The notes: a model not told the origin generated them from the sequence alone. A stretch of DNA of 64,000 bases from an uncultured Candidatus Saccharibacteria bacterium (GCA_964607415.1 CAZSKK010000002.1:352585-416584), one strand, 5' to 3'; counted from the stretch's first letter, positions 9,501 through 17,815 are shown. Numbers and translations are program-made.

Positions 9501-10104
9501 GGAAGTTTATAATGAGATTTTATATCAGGCAGTACGAGGTATAAGCGGTAGGATATTCACAAGAACATTTGATGGAGTCAATTGGGCAAGTTGGCAAGAA
9601 TTTGGTGGAGTGACAACTGACTCTATCGAAATGGAGGTTTATAATAGTAACCTATATCAATCAGTCAGAGGTACAAGCGGAAGAGTATTTACAAGATCTT
9701 TTAATGGATCTAACTGGTCTTCTTGGGAAGAAGTAGGCGGATTGATCATGGAAGGAGAGATAGAGCTAAAGGCTTTTAATGGGAATTTGCATCAAGCTGT
9801 AAGGGATTCTTTGCTTACTATCTACACCAGAAGTTTTAACGGAGTTACGTGGAGTTCCTGGCAGCCAGATGGTAGAACTTCAGGAAAAGTTTTAATGGAA
9901 GAGTATGACAGTAGTCTGTATCAGAGTGTTAGAGGTACAAGCGGAAGGATATTTACAAGATATTATAATGGCACAGTTTGGAGCAAATGGGTTGAAAATA
10001 CTGGAAGCTCGCCCGGTAATCCTTCGCTAATAAATTTCAATAATCTACTTTTTCAAGCAATTAGAGGAGACTCGCTTAGAGTTTTTACGAGAAATCTAAA
10101 CTAA
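6541..10104 (+). CDS. Secreted multidomain protein: N-acetylmuramoyl-L-alanine amidase (PGRP/amidase_2), subtilisin-like S8 protease, and about 6.5 beta-propeller repeats (lectin-like)
   Basis: N-terminal signal/TM. Amidase_2 motifs: IVVHHTATS, GYNYVIDQYGNIYEGRWGG, GAHSWPNNNTIGIAIIGDY, CPGD. S8 catalytic triad contexts: VAVLDTGI (Asp), HGTFVAGVIAA (His), GTSFATPQVSAAAALL (Ser). C-terminus has tandem repeats of about 47 aa: LYQAVRG.SGRIFTRTFNGS.WS.WQE.GG. Confidence 0.75.
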   Translation: MKKITIFFAVVIALGVYFFVEQNYLKIFVHAQEPTSFPQTPLSFPKALDLQRIYKYSEPVYGFYLEGDIVGELDKISAEIKLLNGQVKLISNFKLSDLDIDSRLTANTFYATTQLSTFPEKITEINLIYGGDEDIQVKTVDSDIGNNFIETSALSERALRQKTFFQNMGLNLITREEWGGPETTNWYPQYQSIINQIVVHHTATSVDNNDPANAVRAIYNYHFYRCNDNNGSWNPSDPNARENCNELAEVWEDIGYNYVIDQYGNIYEGRWGGNGVMGAHSWPNNNTIGIAIIGDYTNSMPSNATLESLSNLVGKLAKLNNLNIEPGTSLVGHRHRNYDTICPGDPMLNYLSTLAQKSNQYKDSFTILNNSIQKVNDLLVNRSSDFINPRDGYVQVLIRDNTLDSSTRTFLLSNTPTIENVSSSRGKTVFSISENFLRKFISETLLFSPNAVVQPNFIYKTSSWDNTSPTRAVPSDFNTSTHWYLEKTRTPEAWKELGGCVSNALCGGDPSVVVAVLDTGIAYENFNYDAGGSYILGEFNGLNIEVPTTGTNATYNEGYDRQYQQVPELSNTNFTVASYDASQDFLCMMREGSANPCNAQEIAKIDHANDDQGHGTFVAGVIAANTSDSAPNQVVGIAHNVTIMPVKVFFPNDSSMCYDGLGNNDPSCLPQNAPFSLRSVGSTVMIAWGIDYAVSNGADVINMSLSGSGSDPLVQDSIDAAVAQGVVVVVAAGNNNANVANYFPGNMNNVITVGAVNADNTRSNYSNFGSQLDLVAPVGQSSPGVVGQSYSCSVTDTCFDETNPNLFTAFGSSSSPAQRFGTSFATPQVSAAAALLKSKKTSASASEVESLLKQTAEDVGPVGFDNETGNGILNVDFALKSLWNPWVSSEQQTLMDVAMEEYNGRLYQAVRGVDSRIYIRSTDGNIWTNWQEFGGSTPGNISMITYDGLLFQSVRGESSRIFTRTFNGSSWSAWQELGGLTPGDIEMEVYNEILYQAVRGISGRIFTRTFDGVNWASWQEFGGVTTDSIEMEVYNSNLYQSVRGTSGRVFTRSFNGSNWSSWEEVGGLIMEGEIELKAFNGNLHQAVRDSLLTIYTRSFNGVTWSSWQPDGRTSGKVLMEEYDSSLYQSVRGTSGRIFTRYYNGTVWSKWVENTGSSPGNPSLINFNNLLFQAIRGDSLRVFTRNLN

Positions 10105-10181
10105 TCAATCTATTGACTTAAAGCTTATGCAGTGCTAGATTGTTAGTACCCAACACAATTTTACTTCTTATATCTCTTTAT

Positions 10182-10946
10182 ATGAAGAAAGCTGGTGTGT
10201 TGGTGCTTCTGGTTTTTGCTTCCTTTTCTTATTTTCTAATCTCATCTAAGCCTGTTTGGGCAACGCCAGGAGTTTGGTCTTCCAGTGGGAGTAATATGTA
10301 TTATAACGACGGAGCAATAGGACTTGGAACGTCTACTCCAATTTCAAAGCTAAATATAGTTGGTGGAGCGGATCCAGCTCAAGACTATCATTTGATGACG
10401 TTGGAAGCAATAGAAGATAGAGGATGGAATATTAGTGTTGGCAAATATAACCAGCCCACAAGGGGTAGTTACGCTCTTGTGATTTCTCAACCTGTTTATG
10501 ATGGATGTGCAGGATGTTTGGGGGATATTCAATTCAAGGGTGGAAAAAATTTCAATATAACTATGAATGGGAATGTGGGTATAGGCACAGGCCTACCTAC
10601 TCAGAAATTATCCGTTAATGGCACTGTTCTAGCAAAGGAAGTTATAGTTTCCAGTGCGGCTTCTTATTGGCCTGATTATGTATTTGATAATGAATATAAT
10701 TTAATGAGCCTTGACGATCTAAAAAGTTATGTTGATATGAATAAGCATTTGCCAAATATTCCTAATCAAGATGAAATAGAAAAAAACGGTGTATCAGTAG
10801 GTGAAATGCAAAAATTACAAATGGAAAAGATAGAAGAATTAACTTTGTATATTTTGCAGTTGAAGGAAGAGAATGAAGAGTTAAAAATGCAAAATGAAGA
10901 TTTGAAAAATAGAATTGGTAAAGTAGAATCTTTATTTAATATTTAA
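10182..10946 (+). CDS. Tail-fibre-like secreted protein with a C-terminal intramolecular-chaperone-like (peptidase S74-like) segment and coiled coil
   Basis: Signal/TM (VLVLLVFASFSYFLI). Gly-rich beta-motif (NGNVGIGTGLPTQKLSVNGTV). C-terminal region WPDYVFDNEYNLMSLDDLKSYVDMNKHLPNIP...GVSVGEMQKLQMEKIEELTLYILQLKEENEELK resembles chaperone-of-endosialidase-type domains. Start moved to the internal ATG at 10182. Confidence 0.45.
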   Translation: MKKAGVLVLLVFASFSYFLISSKPVWATPGVWSSSGSNMYYNDGAIGLGTSTPISKLNIVGGADPAQDYHLMTLEAIEDRGWNISVGKYNQPTRGSYALVISQPVYDGCAGCLGDIQFKGGKNFNITMNGNVGIGTGLPTQKLSVNGTVLAKEVIVSSAASYWPDYVFDNEYNLMSLDDLKSYVDMNKHLPNIPNQDEIEKNGVSVGEMQKLQMEKIEELTLYILQLKEENEELKMQNEDLKNRIGKVESLFNI

Positions 10947-10963
10947 CTTTTACAGTATAAAAC

Positions 10964-11890
10964 ATGAAAAGGCTTTTAAGGCAGCTTGTTTTTCTATTAA
11001 TTATTCTTATCGGTATTGTTATCCCTACAACTCTTGTTAATGCAAAAGAAGGTATTCAAAAAACTGACAATGGTTATTTTGTGAAAAATAATAAAACCTA
11101 CAAAGTCAATTTAAAAACCCTAGAAAGCAAAGAAATTTTTAACCACGGTGGTATTATTTCTAACGACAGGAATAAAATTGCTTATAAGGAATCTAAATGG
11201 AATCCTAAGAAAAAATTATTGATTGCTGATTTAAAGACAAACGAAGTAAATGAAATAGAGCTAAGTTTCGAAAGACAATTTGAGATAGTAAGTTGGTCCC
11301 CTGATGATAAGTATATTATTTTAACTGAACATTCCCACTATGTTGGAGGAACAGTGGCCTATATAATTGATACTCGTACAGGTAATAATATTGTAAAAAT
11401 ATCTACCTTGGGATTAGATTTTATCTGGATTGACAGTAAAAATTTGGCTTACATTGATCCAAATTACGACTGTTTCCAAAGAAAAAAAACAAATGAATGC
11501 TCTCTGGATGCGTTTTTAAAAATATTAAATACTGACAACAAAAATGTAAAAACTGTGCATTCTTTCTTATCTAGTGACGGGATCTCTTTTCAAGATATTT
11601 CTATTGTTGGTGAATCGGGAAATTATGCATTTTTAAAGTTAGGTGAAAGCGAGTTCTTGGAATTTGACAAAATAAAAAATAATATAGCTGACTTAAGAAA
11701 CAACGTTGCAATCAATATTTTCAAGGGTAAGGAAAAGAAAGACTTTAAAAAGATTTTAAACGTAAACGATGAAGTTAGCTTTATTGAAAGCGATAATGGA
11801 CAAGAGAATGGTAAAAGTTTAATTATCTTAGAGAATAATTCAGAAAAAATACTAAAAAAAGTGGAGGGACTATCCAATATACAAATTTAA
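10964..11890 (+). CDS. Hypothetical secreted protein, possibly a TolB-like beta-propeller
   Basis: N-terminal signal/TM. Repeats of the SWSPDDKYIILTE type are typical of TolB/WD40-like blades. Weak. Confidence 0.4.
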   Translation: MKRLLRQLVFLLIILIGIVIPTTLVNAKEGIQKTDNGYFVKNNKTYKVNLKTLESKEIFNHGGIISNDRNKIAYKESKWNPKKKLLIADLKTNEVNEIELSFERQFEIVSWSPDDKYIILTEHSHYVGGTVAYIIDTRTGNNIVKISTLGLDFIWIDSKNLAYIDPNYDCFQRKKTNECSLDAFLKILNTDNKNVKTVHSFLSSDGISFQDISIVGESGNYAFLKLGESEFLEFDKIKNNIADLRNNVAINIFKGKEKKDFKKILNVNDEVSFIESDNGQENGKSLIILENNSEKILKKVEGLSNIQI

Positions 11891-11900
11891 AATAAAAACT

Positions 11901-12545
11901 ATGAAAAATAAAATATATTTGTCAACAGTTGTTGTATTTGTTTTAACTTTAGTAGTCAGCTTTATTAAAGTTTTGGCCTATACGGATTCATATCCTTACC
12001 CAAATGCAACTCACTGTGGTTGCCAAGTAGATGATTGGGATTTTTTCAAAAGACAATGTACTTCATATGTTGCTTGGAAAGTAAACGAGAGCGGTATAGC
12101 GTTTAGCAACAATATGATAGGGCCAAACGGCCAGCGGGGACAGTTCGCAAATGCGGGGAATTGGGATGATAATGCTTTGAATATTGGTTTTGAAGCTAAC
12201 GCTACACCTGAAGTAGGCTCTATTGCTGTATGGGATCCGCGTCCAGGCTACCCGTACTATATGGATGTAGGCCATGTCGCTTGGGTGGAACAAGTATCCC
12301 CTTCACTGGTAATATCAGAGTATAATTTCAACTATGGAGATGGTAATTATAATGTTCGTACACCAGGATTAAATCCTGATCATTATATACATTTGAATAG
12401 TTCGTGTGGTGGACAAAATATTGAAATTAATAACAAGACAGTCAATGGGGGACAAAGTTTCAATTGTTCTGCAACAAGTAATTTAACAGTTAAACCTGAA
12501 AGCCACTTCCAACTTAATAGTAATGTTCGATTATTTATTAATTAA
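11901..12545 (+). CDS. CHAP-domain peptidoglycan hydrolase (amidase/endopeptidase)
   Basis: Signal peptide. Conserved Cys context CTSYVAWKV and His context GHVAWVEQV are spaced about 90 aa apart, as in CHAP domains. Confidence 0.65.
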   Translation: MKNKIYLSTVVVFVLTLVVSFIKVLAYTDSYPYPNATHCGCQVDDWDFFKRQCTSYVAWKVNESGIAFSNNMIGPNGQRGQFANAGNWDDNALNIGFEANATPEVGSIAVWDPRPGYPYYMDVGHVAWVEQVSPSLVISEYNFNYGDGNYNVRTPGLNPDHYIHLNSSCGGQNIEINNKTVNGGQSFNCSATSNLTVKPESHFQLNSNVRLFIN

Positions 12546-12550
12546 AAAAA

Positions 12551-13111
12551 ATGTTTAAACAAAAAAGAATTTTATTATTTTCAATTTCTGCCATTTTTTT
12601 TCTTATATACTTAACCGTATTAGTTTTTACATGGAAAACAGTAATAAAAAGTGAAAAGAATTCAGGTGAGAGTTCCTCACGAGAGGGACAGCAATTTTTT
12701 AAATATAGTGATCCTAAAGGATTTGAGTACGACTATCCAGAAGAATGGACTTATGCCCAGAGTAGAGAAGGGATAGGATTGATACCCAAGGAAATATGTA
12801 AGATTGATTGTAGTAGAGAAATACTTACCATAGGGGCGAGGATTACTGACAAAGTAGCTATGGATCCTAAGGAGCTTACACTTGCTCAATTTGGTTTGGG
12901 TTTTACTACAGGTGAGTATGTAGAAATTAATAAATTGCCAGCATTTTATGCGATTTTTCAAAGAGATACTTTTACAGATATAACTTATACTATTGTGGGG
13001 AAAAATTTATTTGTTCAAACTAAATTTAGGGTAGAGTTAAGGGAGGGGATAGATACTAGCAAATATAAAGATGATGCAGAATTAATTGTTAGATCTATAA
13101 AATTTAATTAA
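12551..13111 (+). CDS. Hypothetical membrane-anchored protein
   Basis: N-terminal TM helix. No motifs recognised. Confidence 0.35.
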   Translation: MFKQKRILLFSISAIFFLIYLTVLVFTWKTVIKSEKNSGESSSREGQQFFKYSDPKGFEYDYPEEWTYAQSREGIGLIPKEICKIDCSREILTIGARITDKVAMDPKELTLAQFGLGFTTGEYVEINKLPAFYAIFQRDTFTDITYTIVGKNLFVQTKFRVELREGIDTSKYKDDAELIVRSIKFN

Positions 13112-13113
13112 TT

Positions 13114-13320
13114 ATGAGATGTACGAATAAAAAATCAATTTTAATCATAATATTTTCCTTATTAATTTTAATAATCATAGTTTTATTTGCCTCTTCTGTT
13201 TATTTTTACCTAAGTAAAGACTATAAAGCTAAGAATTCAGAAAACACTGCAAGCTATCCTGTTAGCGATACTAACCCAACGTCCAAGAATATAAATTTAC
13301 AATCGATACTCCAGAAATGA
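13114..13320 (+). CDS. Small hypothetical membrane protein
   Basis: 68-aa ORF with a single TM (ILIIIFSLLILIIIVLFASSVYFYL). It is tightly packed between neighbours. Confidence 0.3.
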   Translation: MRCTNKKSILIIIFSLLILIIIVLFASSVYFYLSKDYKAKNSENTASYPVSDTNPTSKNINLQSILQK

Positions 13321-14300
13321 TAATAAGGCCTGAAAAATCAGTAATTGAAGCCAAGTCCTTTCTAGATTCTGCTTACGAAATAGAAGTGAAGGGTATAGCA
13401 GCATCAATAAAAGGGGAAGGTTTTGAAATATATATGTTTTCCAACATGGGAGAAAGTGGAGGTTTTCATAAATCTGTAAGTATTGAATCAATAATTGCGG
13501 AAAATAAATTAGGTGAAAAACTTTTTAAAGTAAAGACAGCACACGAAAATTTGGACGAAAATACTTTAGAAGACCAATATCAGCAATACTATTTCTATAC
13601 TTCCTACTTTAGAACGATGGAGCAATGTGGCAATGTTATGCCTGGCTATGACGGTTGTGGCTCTCTTGGAATGAGTATTGTGACTGAAGGTGATGGGAAT
13701 TATTCCTTCAGTATTTTCTGTGGAGTAAATGATTCAAGTTTAGTTTTGCAATGTGATGAATTTGTCAAAAATCTAGATGTTAAAATTGAAAAAGTTCACA
13801 ATATAGTAGCTTTTAGCCTTGAATACTTAAACCCAAAAGATAACTCTCTTAGTGATAAAAATATAGAGTTGAACGCATACTATACCGATGGAATGAGTTT
13901 AACTGACTCCAAGCCAAACTACGTAATATTGAGACGCTTCGATTTTGCAATTATGTTATTAACAAGTCTCGAAGAAACTTCTTTTGAAGAGACATCCGTT
14001 TTAGAAAATACTGAAATTGCAAACAACAAACTAAACGAGCAAATATTTAGAGTAAAAAGTTTTGATCAATTTACAAATGAGTTTAAAGAACTATTTCATC
14101 AAAATTATATAAATTACTATTTCTATACTTCGGATTTTAAAACTAACGATGCTTGTGGAAAGGAGCAGATAAAATCCTGTGGAAGTAAGTCAGTGGAAGC
14201 TTGGGAAGAACATCCACTGAGAATATACTGTGCATCCAACACAACCGAAGGTGTTAGCGAATGCGATAAGTTTGTGAAGGATTTAGCAGCAAAAAATTAA
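13317..14300 (+). CDS. Hypothetical protein with an internally duplicated Cys-containing domain
   Basis: Two homologous halves (ENKLGEKLFKVKT...YYFYTSYFRTMEQCGN...CDEFVKNLD and NNKLNEQIFRVKS...YYFYTSDFKTNDACGK...CDKFVKDLAAKN), each with 4 Cys. Confidence 0.4.
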   Translation: MIIRPEKSVIEAKSFLDSAYEIEVKGIAASIKGEGFEIYMFSNMGESGGFHKSVSIESIIAENKLGEKLFKVKTAHENLDENTLEDQYQQYYFYTSYFRTMEQCGNVMPGYDGCGSLGMSIVTEGDGNYSFSIFCGVNDSSLVLQCDEFVKNLDVKIEKVHNIVAFSLEYLNPKDNSLSDKNIELNAYYTDGMSLTDSKPNYVILRRFDFAIMLLTSLEETSFEETSVLENTEIANNKLNEQIFRVKSFDQFTNEFKELFHQNYINYYFYTSDFKTNDACGKEQIKSCGSKSVEAWEEHPLRIYCASNTTEGVSECDKFVKDLAAKN

Positions 14301-14312
14301 CTATTAAACTTT

Positions 14313-15215
14313 ATGAATAAAATATTTAGAAATAAAAAATTCATGATTGCCATAATTATTTTAATTATAATTTTGGTAGCTTTCCTGATCCTATTCATTT
14401 TAGCTAATAAAGAGAACAAAAATAATTACTCAGGTACTGGAGATTCATTGAATGATAAAAATATCAGCTATCCTATATCCTATGCTAATAATAGTAATTT
14501 AGGTTTAAGGGCCACGGATTATAACTTTGTTAACGAAGGAATGTTTGAAGTGTCAACTTCTACAAATCTTTTTAATGATTGTCAAGGAGATGGGGCGTCT
14601 CCTTTAGCTTCCGTAAATGTTACAAATTACTTCTTTAACCCGAATGAGGACTATGAAGAAACTAAAGAGGAACTAGGCTCAGTTTTCATGTCGATTTTTG
14701 GAGACATGCCTCAATACATAGACAATCATGAACTAATAAAAGCAAATTATGAAGATCTGGTGAGATTATTGAATGAAGGAGAGATAACTACAGATGATCT
14801 AGGTTCGACTATTTATAAAAAAGGCTTTCGTGTGGCTTGTGGAGGTGAGGGACGAATCCCTATTGCTAAAGCTCTAGAATTTAATTACCCCAAAACTGAT
14901 AAGGCATATTTAGTTATAGGTTTTGGAAGTTACCAGTCGACTACAAACTCTAACTGGATGCCTTTAGATTTTAAGTTTGTATCAAAAATTGGTAATAATT
15001 ATTCTGTTGCCACTGCAAATTCCGAATATAAGTACTTTACCCATAGCAACAACTTAGCAAAATGCGAAGAGCCTTCAGGTTATGATTACGATTACATAAA
15101 TACGTTTAGCGAGAATGGGAAAACTTGTGTTATTGATGCACTAGAAAAAGATCTTGATCAATCAAAAATAAATCAGATTATCCAAAAATTTATTACCACT
15201 TTTGCATTGAAGTAG
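14313..15215 (+). CDS. Hypothetical membrane-anchored secreted protein
   Basis: N-terminal TM (FMIAIIILIIILVAFLILFIL). Extracytoplasmic body with Cys residues. No catalytic motifs. Confidence 0.4.
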   Translation: MNKIFRNKKFMIAIIILIIILVAFLILFILANKENKNNYSGTGDSLNDKNISYPISYANNSNLGLRATDYNFVNEGMFEVSTSTNLFNDCQGDGASPLASVNVTNYFFNPNEDYEETKEELGSVFMSIFGDMPQYIDNHELIKANYEDLVRLLNEGEITTDDLGSTIYKKGFRVACGGEGRIPIAKALEFNYPKTDKAYLVIGFGSYQSTTNSNWMPLDFKFVSKIGNNYSVATANSEYKYFTHSNNLAKCEEPSGYDYDYINTFSENGKTCVIDALEKDLDQSKINQIIQKFITTFALK

Positions 15216-15277
15216 TTAATGCTTTCTAATATATATTATTGCCTACCAGTACCGTACCCCGCCGGCCCTCACATATA

Positions 15278-15286
15278 TGGTATAAT
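15278..15286 (+). promoter_or_regulatory. Extended -10 promoter element (TGGTATAAT) upstream of the 15350 gene
   Basis: tggtataat lies 64 nt upstream of the ATG, next to an unusual GC-rich patch (gtaccccgccggccctcac). Confidence 0.3.
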
Positions 15287-15349
15287 ATACTATTGTGGCC
15301 TTTAAAACCCTTTGTAGCCTAGACTTTTAGTTTTTACTGCCTAAAAATT

Positions 15350-17815
15350 ATGAGGAAGATTTCTATAAGCGCGTTTAGCATTTTAGTGGCACTATTACCA
15401 ATAATTACACTAGCTTCGTACAAAGCAAGTAGTGTATCTGCATACACTTATCAAGATCCATTTCATTCAAATAGTATATGGAACGCACCAATCCCAAGCA
15501 ATGCAGCAGTTGCTTCAAACTCAGCACAAATGATCCAACAAATAAGAAATGAATACGGTGGAACAAATTTACCGTGGACAATCGCAGGTGTGGAGCAGCC
15601 ATGGAGTGTGCCTGTTTACTATGCAGATGCCAATACACCAAGAGTAAGAGTTTGTGGAAGTGATGGCAACTATTGTACAAATAATGTTCCAATTGCACCA
15701 AATTTTTATCCATCACCTGATAGTGATGCAAAAATTGTGATAATAGAAACAAATGCAAATCCACAAAGAGCCTGGAGCTTTTGGAGTTTCCACGCAGGAA
15801 GTGTAAACGGATCGCAGTATATTGCCGATTATGGAGCTTATGGGTGGTCTGATATTACTGATAATGGGGATGGATTAACTTTAAATGATGGAGGCCAATG
15901 GGGCGGAAGAGCAAGTGGTGCAAACTATATTGGCGGTTTAATTGACCCTGAAGAAATTCAGTCGGGGGTTATAGACCATGCTTTGGCTATAAGCTTTACA
16001 GGAGGTGCTGTCAGCGAAAACATCAGATGGTGGCCAGCAAGAGGTGGAGATGGTTATTCAACAAATGCAAATGCGGTTCCATATGGAGCAAGAATACAAT
16101 TAGATCCAAGTTTTGATATAAATACAGTTCCAACAACAAATGGTGCAAGAGCAATTGCAAGAGCTCTTCAAACTTACGGGGCTTGGGTTATGGATACAGG
16201 TGGATCGTTTGCTTTATATGCAAGAGAGTATGTAAATTCAAATGGAACAATAAATAGAACACCATGGAATGGGCTTATCAACGCTTCGGAAATTGAATCT
16301 TATATTCCATGGACAAGTTTAAGAGTATTAACTCAGCAGAATGCTAATGATTTCTATCCGATTAATTCAGGTAATCCTGTACTTACATCTGTAACACCAG
16401 TTCCTACCTATACTAACGATACGACACCAAATTTCACTTTTCATTCAACACAGGCTGGAGCAATAACGTATGGAGGCACTTGTTTAAGTGCAACAACTAC
16501 AGCTGTTTCAGGTAATAATACTGTAACCTTTAACGTTTTGGCTCAAGGAACGTACTCAAATTGTACTGTTAGAGTTACAAATTCCGCAGGAGGACAAAGT
16601 AATATTATTTATGTAAATATTTTTACTATTGATACTACAGCACCGGTGATTTCCAGTAGTGCAACTATTCCAGATGGATATAACCAAACTCCGCCATACT
16701 CATTTAATTCAAACGAGGTTGGGTATACAGTTTGGGGTGGCATCTGCTCAACTACAGATTCAAATGTGGTTAATGGAGTAAACAATAAAACTTTAAACTT
16801 TATTCCACGAGGTACTTACAGCAACTGTACTTTGAGAGTGCAAGACAGAGCAGGTAATTTAAGTAATCAGATAAATATAAATAGCTTTACAATAAATGGA
16901 TGGGATGCCTGGGCATTAAATCAAGGCTCTACTATTTCGCCGCTTACTGCAATAAGTTTTAATAATAGAATATACAACTTTGTTGTAGGTGATAGCACAA
17001 GAATTTACTTAAGAAGTACTGCAGATGGTACTTTTGATAACTCTGAATCGAGAGAATTTTGGACATCTGAGCTGGCAACAGGTGGCCCAGGTGGGAATAC
17101 TAGAAAAGAAATTACTGCGGCAGTACACGATAATCAACTTTACATAGCCGTTTTAGGATCTGATACCGGATATATTTACACAAATACAATGATAAACGAC
17201 GCCTATCCAATGCAATGGTCGGGGTGGTATAGAAATACTCAAGATCTTGGGTCTGGAATTGATTCGGTGGCAATGACAAGTTTTTATAATGGAGTGGATA
17301 CAAGGTTATATCAGTTTGTAGCTGGACAAAGCAAAAATTTGTTCTATAGATCATCGGTAGATGGAATTTTTGACACTCAATCTGAGTACAGATGGTCTAT
17401 ATTTTCGGGATCTAGCAGGGGATCTACACCATTAGCACCTGCTGTGGCAGTACTGCAAAATCAATTGTTCATTAATGTAGTTGGAGATAGTGGAAGAGTC
17501 TTTGTATCTCGAACTTCTGATGGAATGTTTGACGGTGGCGTTAACGAAAATTTTATAGAATCATCGCCAGGGGCAGAAACAAATTTGACTGTTAGTCTTG
17601 CAAGTGATGGAGTAACATTGTATCAAGCTGTTAAAGGAATATCTAACAAAATCTATACAAGATCAAGCAGTGACGGTGTAAACTGGTCTGCTTGGAGTGG
17701 GGTATATGGAGATACGCTGAAAAGAATAGGCATGGTTTCTCATAATAATAGAATATACCAATATGCAATCGGTTTTTCTGGTAATATATATTCAAGAAAT
17801 TACACTATACCTTGA
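15350..17815 (+). CDS. Large secreted surface protein: unknown N-terminal domain, two Ig-like repeats, and a C-terminal beta-propeller repeat domain related to that of the 6541 gene
   Basis: Signal peptide. A duplicated module of about 90 aa (..TYSNCTVRVTNSAGGQSNIIYVNIFTIDTTAP / ..TYSNCTLRVQDRAGNLSNQININSFTI). The C-terminal repeats (RIYNFVVGDSTRIYLRSTADG..., RLYQFVAGQSKNLFYRSSVDG..., TLYQAVKGISNKIYTRSSSDGVNWSAWSG) share the LYQ.V.G.S.RI..R.S.DG..WS.W pattern. Confidence 0.6.
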   Translation: MRKISISAFSILVALLPIITLASYKASSVSAYTYQDPFHSNSIWNAPIPSNAAVASNSAQMIQQIRNEYGGTNLPWTIAGVEQPWSVPVYYADANTPRVRVCGSDGNYCTNNVPIAPNFYPSPDSDAKIVIIETNANPQRAWSFWSFHAGSVNGSQYIADYGAYGWSDITDNGDGLTLNDGGQWGGRASGANYIGGLIDPEEIQSGVIDHALAISFTGGAVSENIRWWPARGGDGYSTNANAVPYGARIQLDPSFDINTVPTTNGARAIARALQTYGAWVMDTGGSFALYAREYVNSNGTINRTPWNGLINASEIESYIPWTSLRVLTQQNANDFYPINSGNPVLTSVTPVPTYTNDTTPNFTFHSTQAGAITYGGTCLSATTTAVSGNNTVTFNVLAQGTYSNCTVRVTNSAGGQSNIIYVNIFTIDTTAPVISSSATIPDGYNQTPPYSFNSNEVGYTVWGGICSTTDSNVVNGVNNKTLNFIPRGTYSNCTLRVQDRAGNLSNQININSFTINGWDAWALNQGSTISPLTAISFNNRIYNFVVGDSTRIYLRSTADGTFDNSESREFWTSELATGGPGGNTRKEITAAVHDNQLYIAVLGSDTGYIYTNTMINDAYPMQWSGWYRNTQDLGSGIDSVAMTSFYNGVDTRLYQFVAGQSKNLFYRSSVDGIFDTQSEYRWSIFSGSSRGSTPLAPAVAVLQNQLFINVVGDSGRVFVSRTSDGMFDGGVNENFIESSPGAETNLTVSLASDGVTLYQAVKGISNKIYTRSSSDGVNWSAWSGVYGDTLKRIGMVSHNNRIYQYAIGFSGNIYSRNYTIP

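Noticed and set aside
6541-17815. Prophage or prophage remnant, because of amidase, CHAP and tail-fibre-like genes
   Set aside because: No integrase, terminase, portal, capsid, tape-measure or holin candidates. No att-like flanking repeats were seen. All products carry signal/TM anchors, consistent with resident surface proteins rather than virion or lysis proteins.
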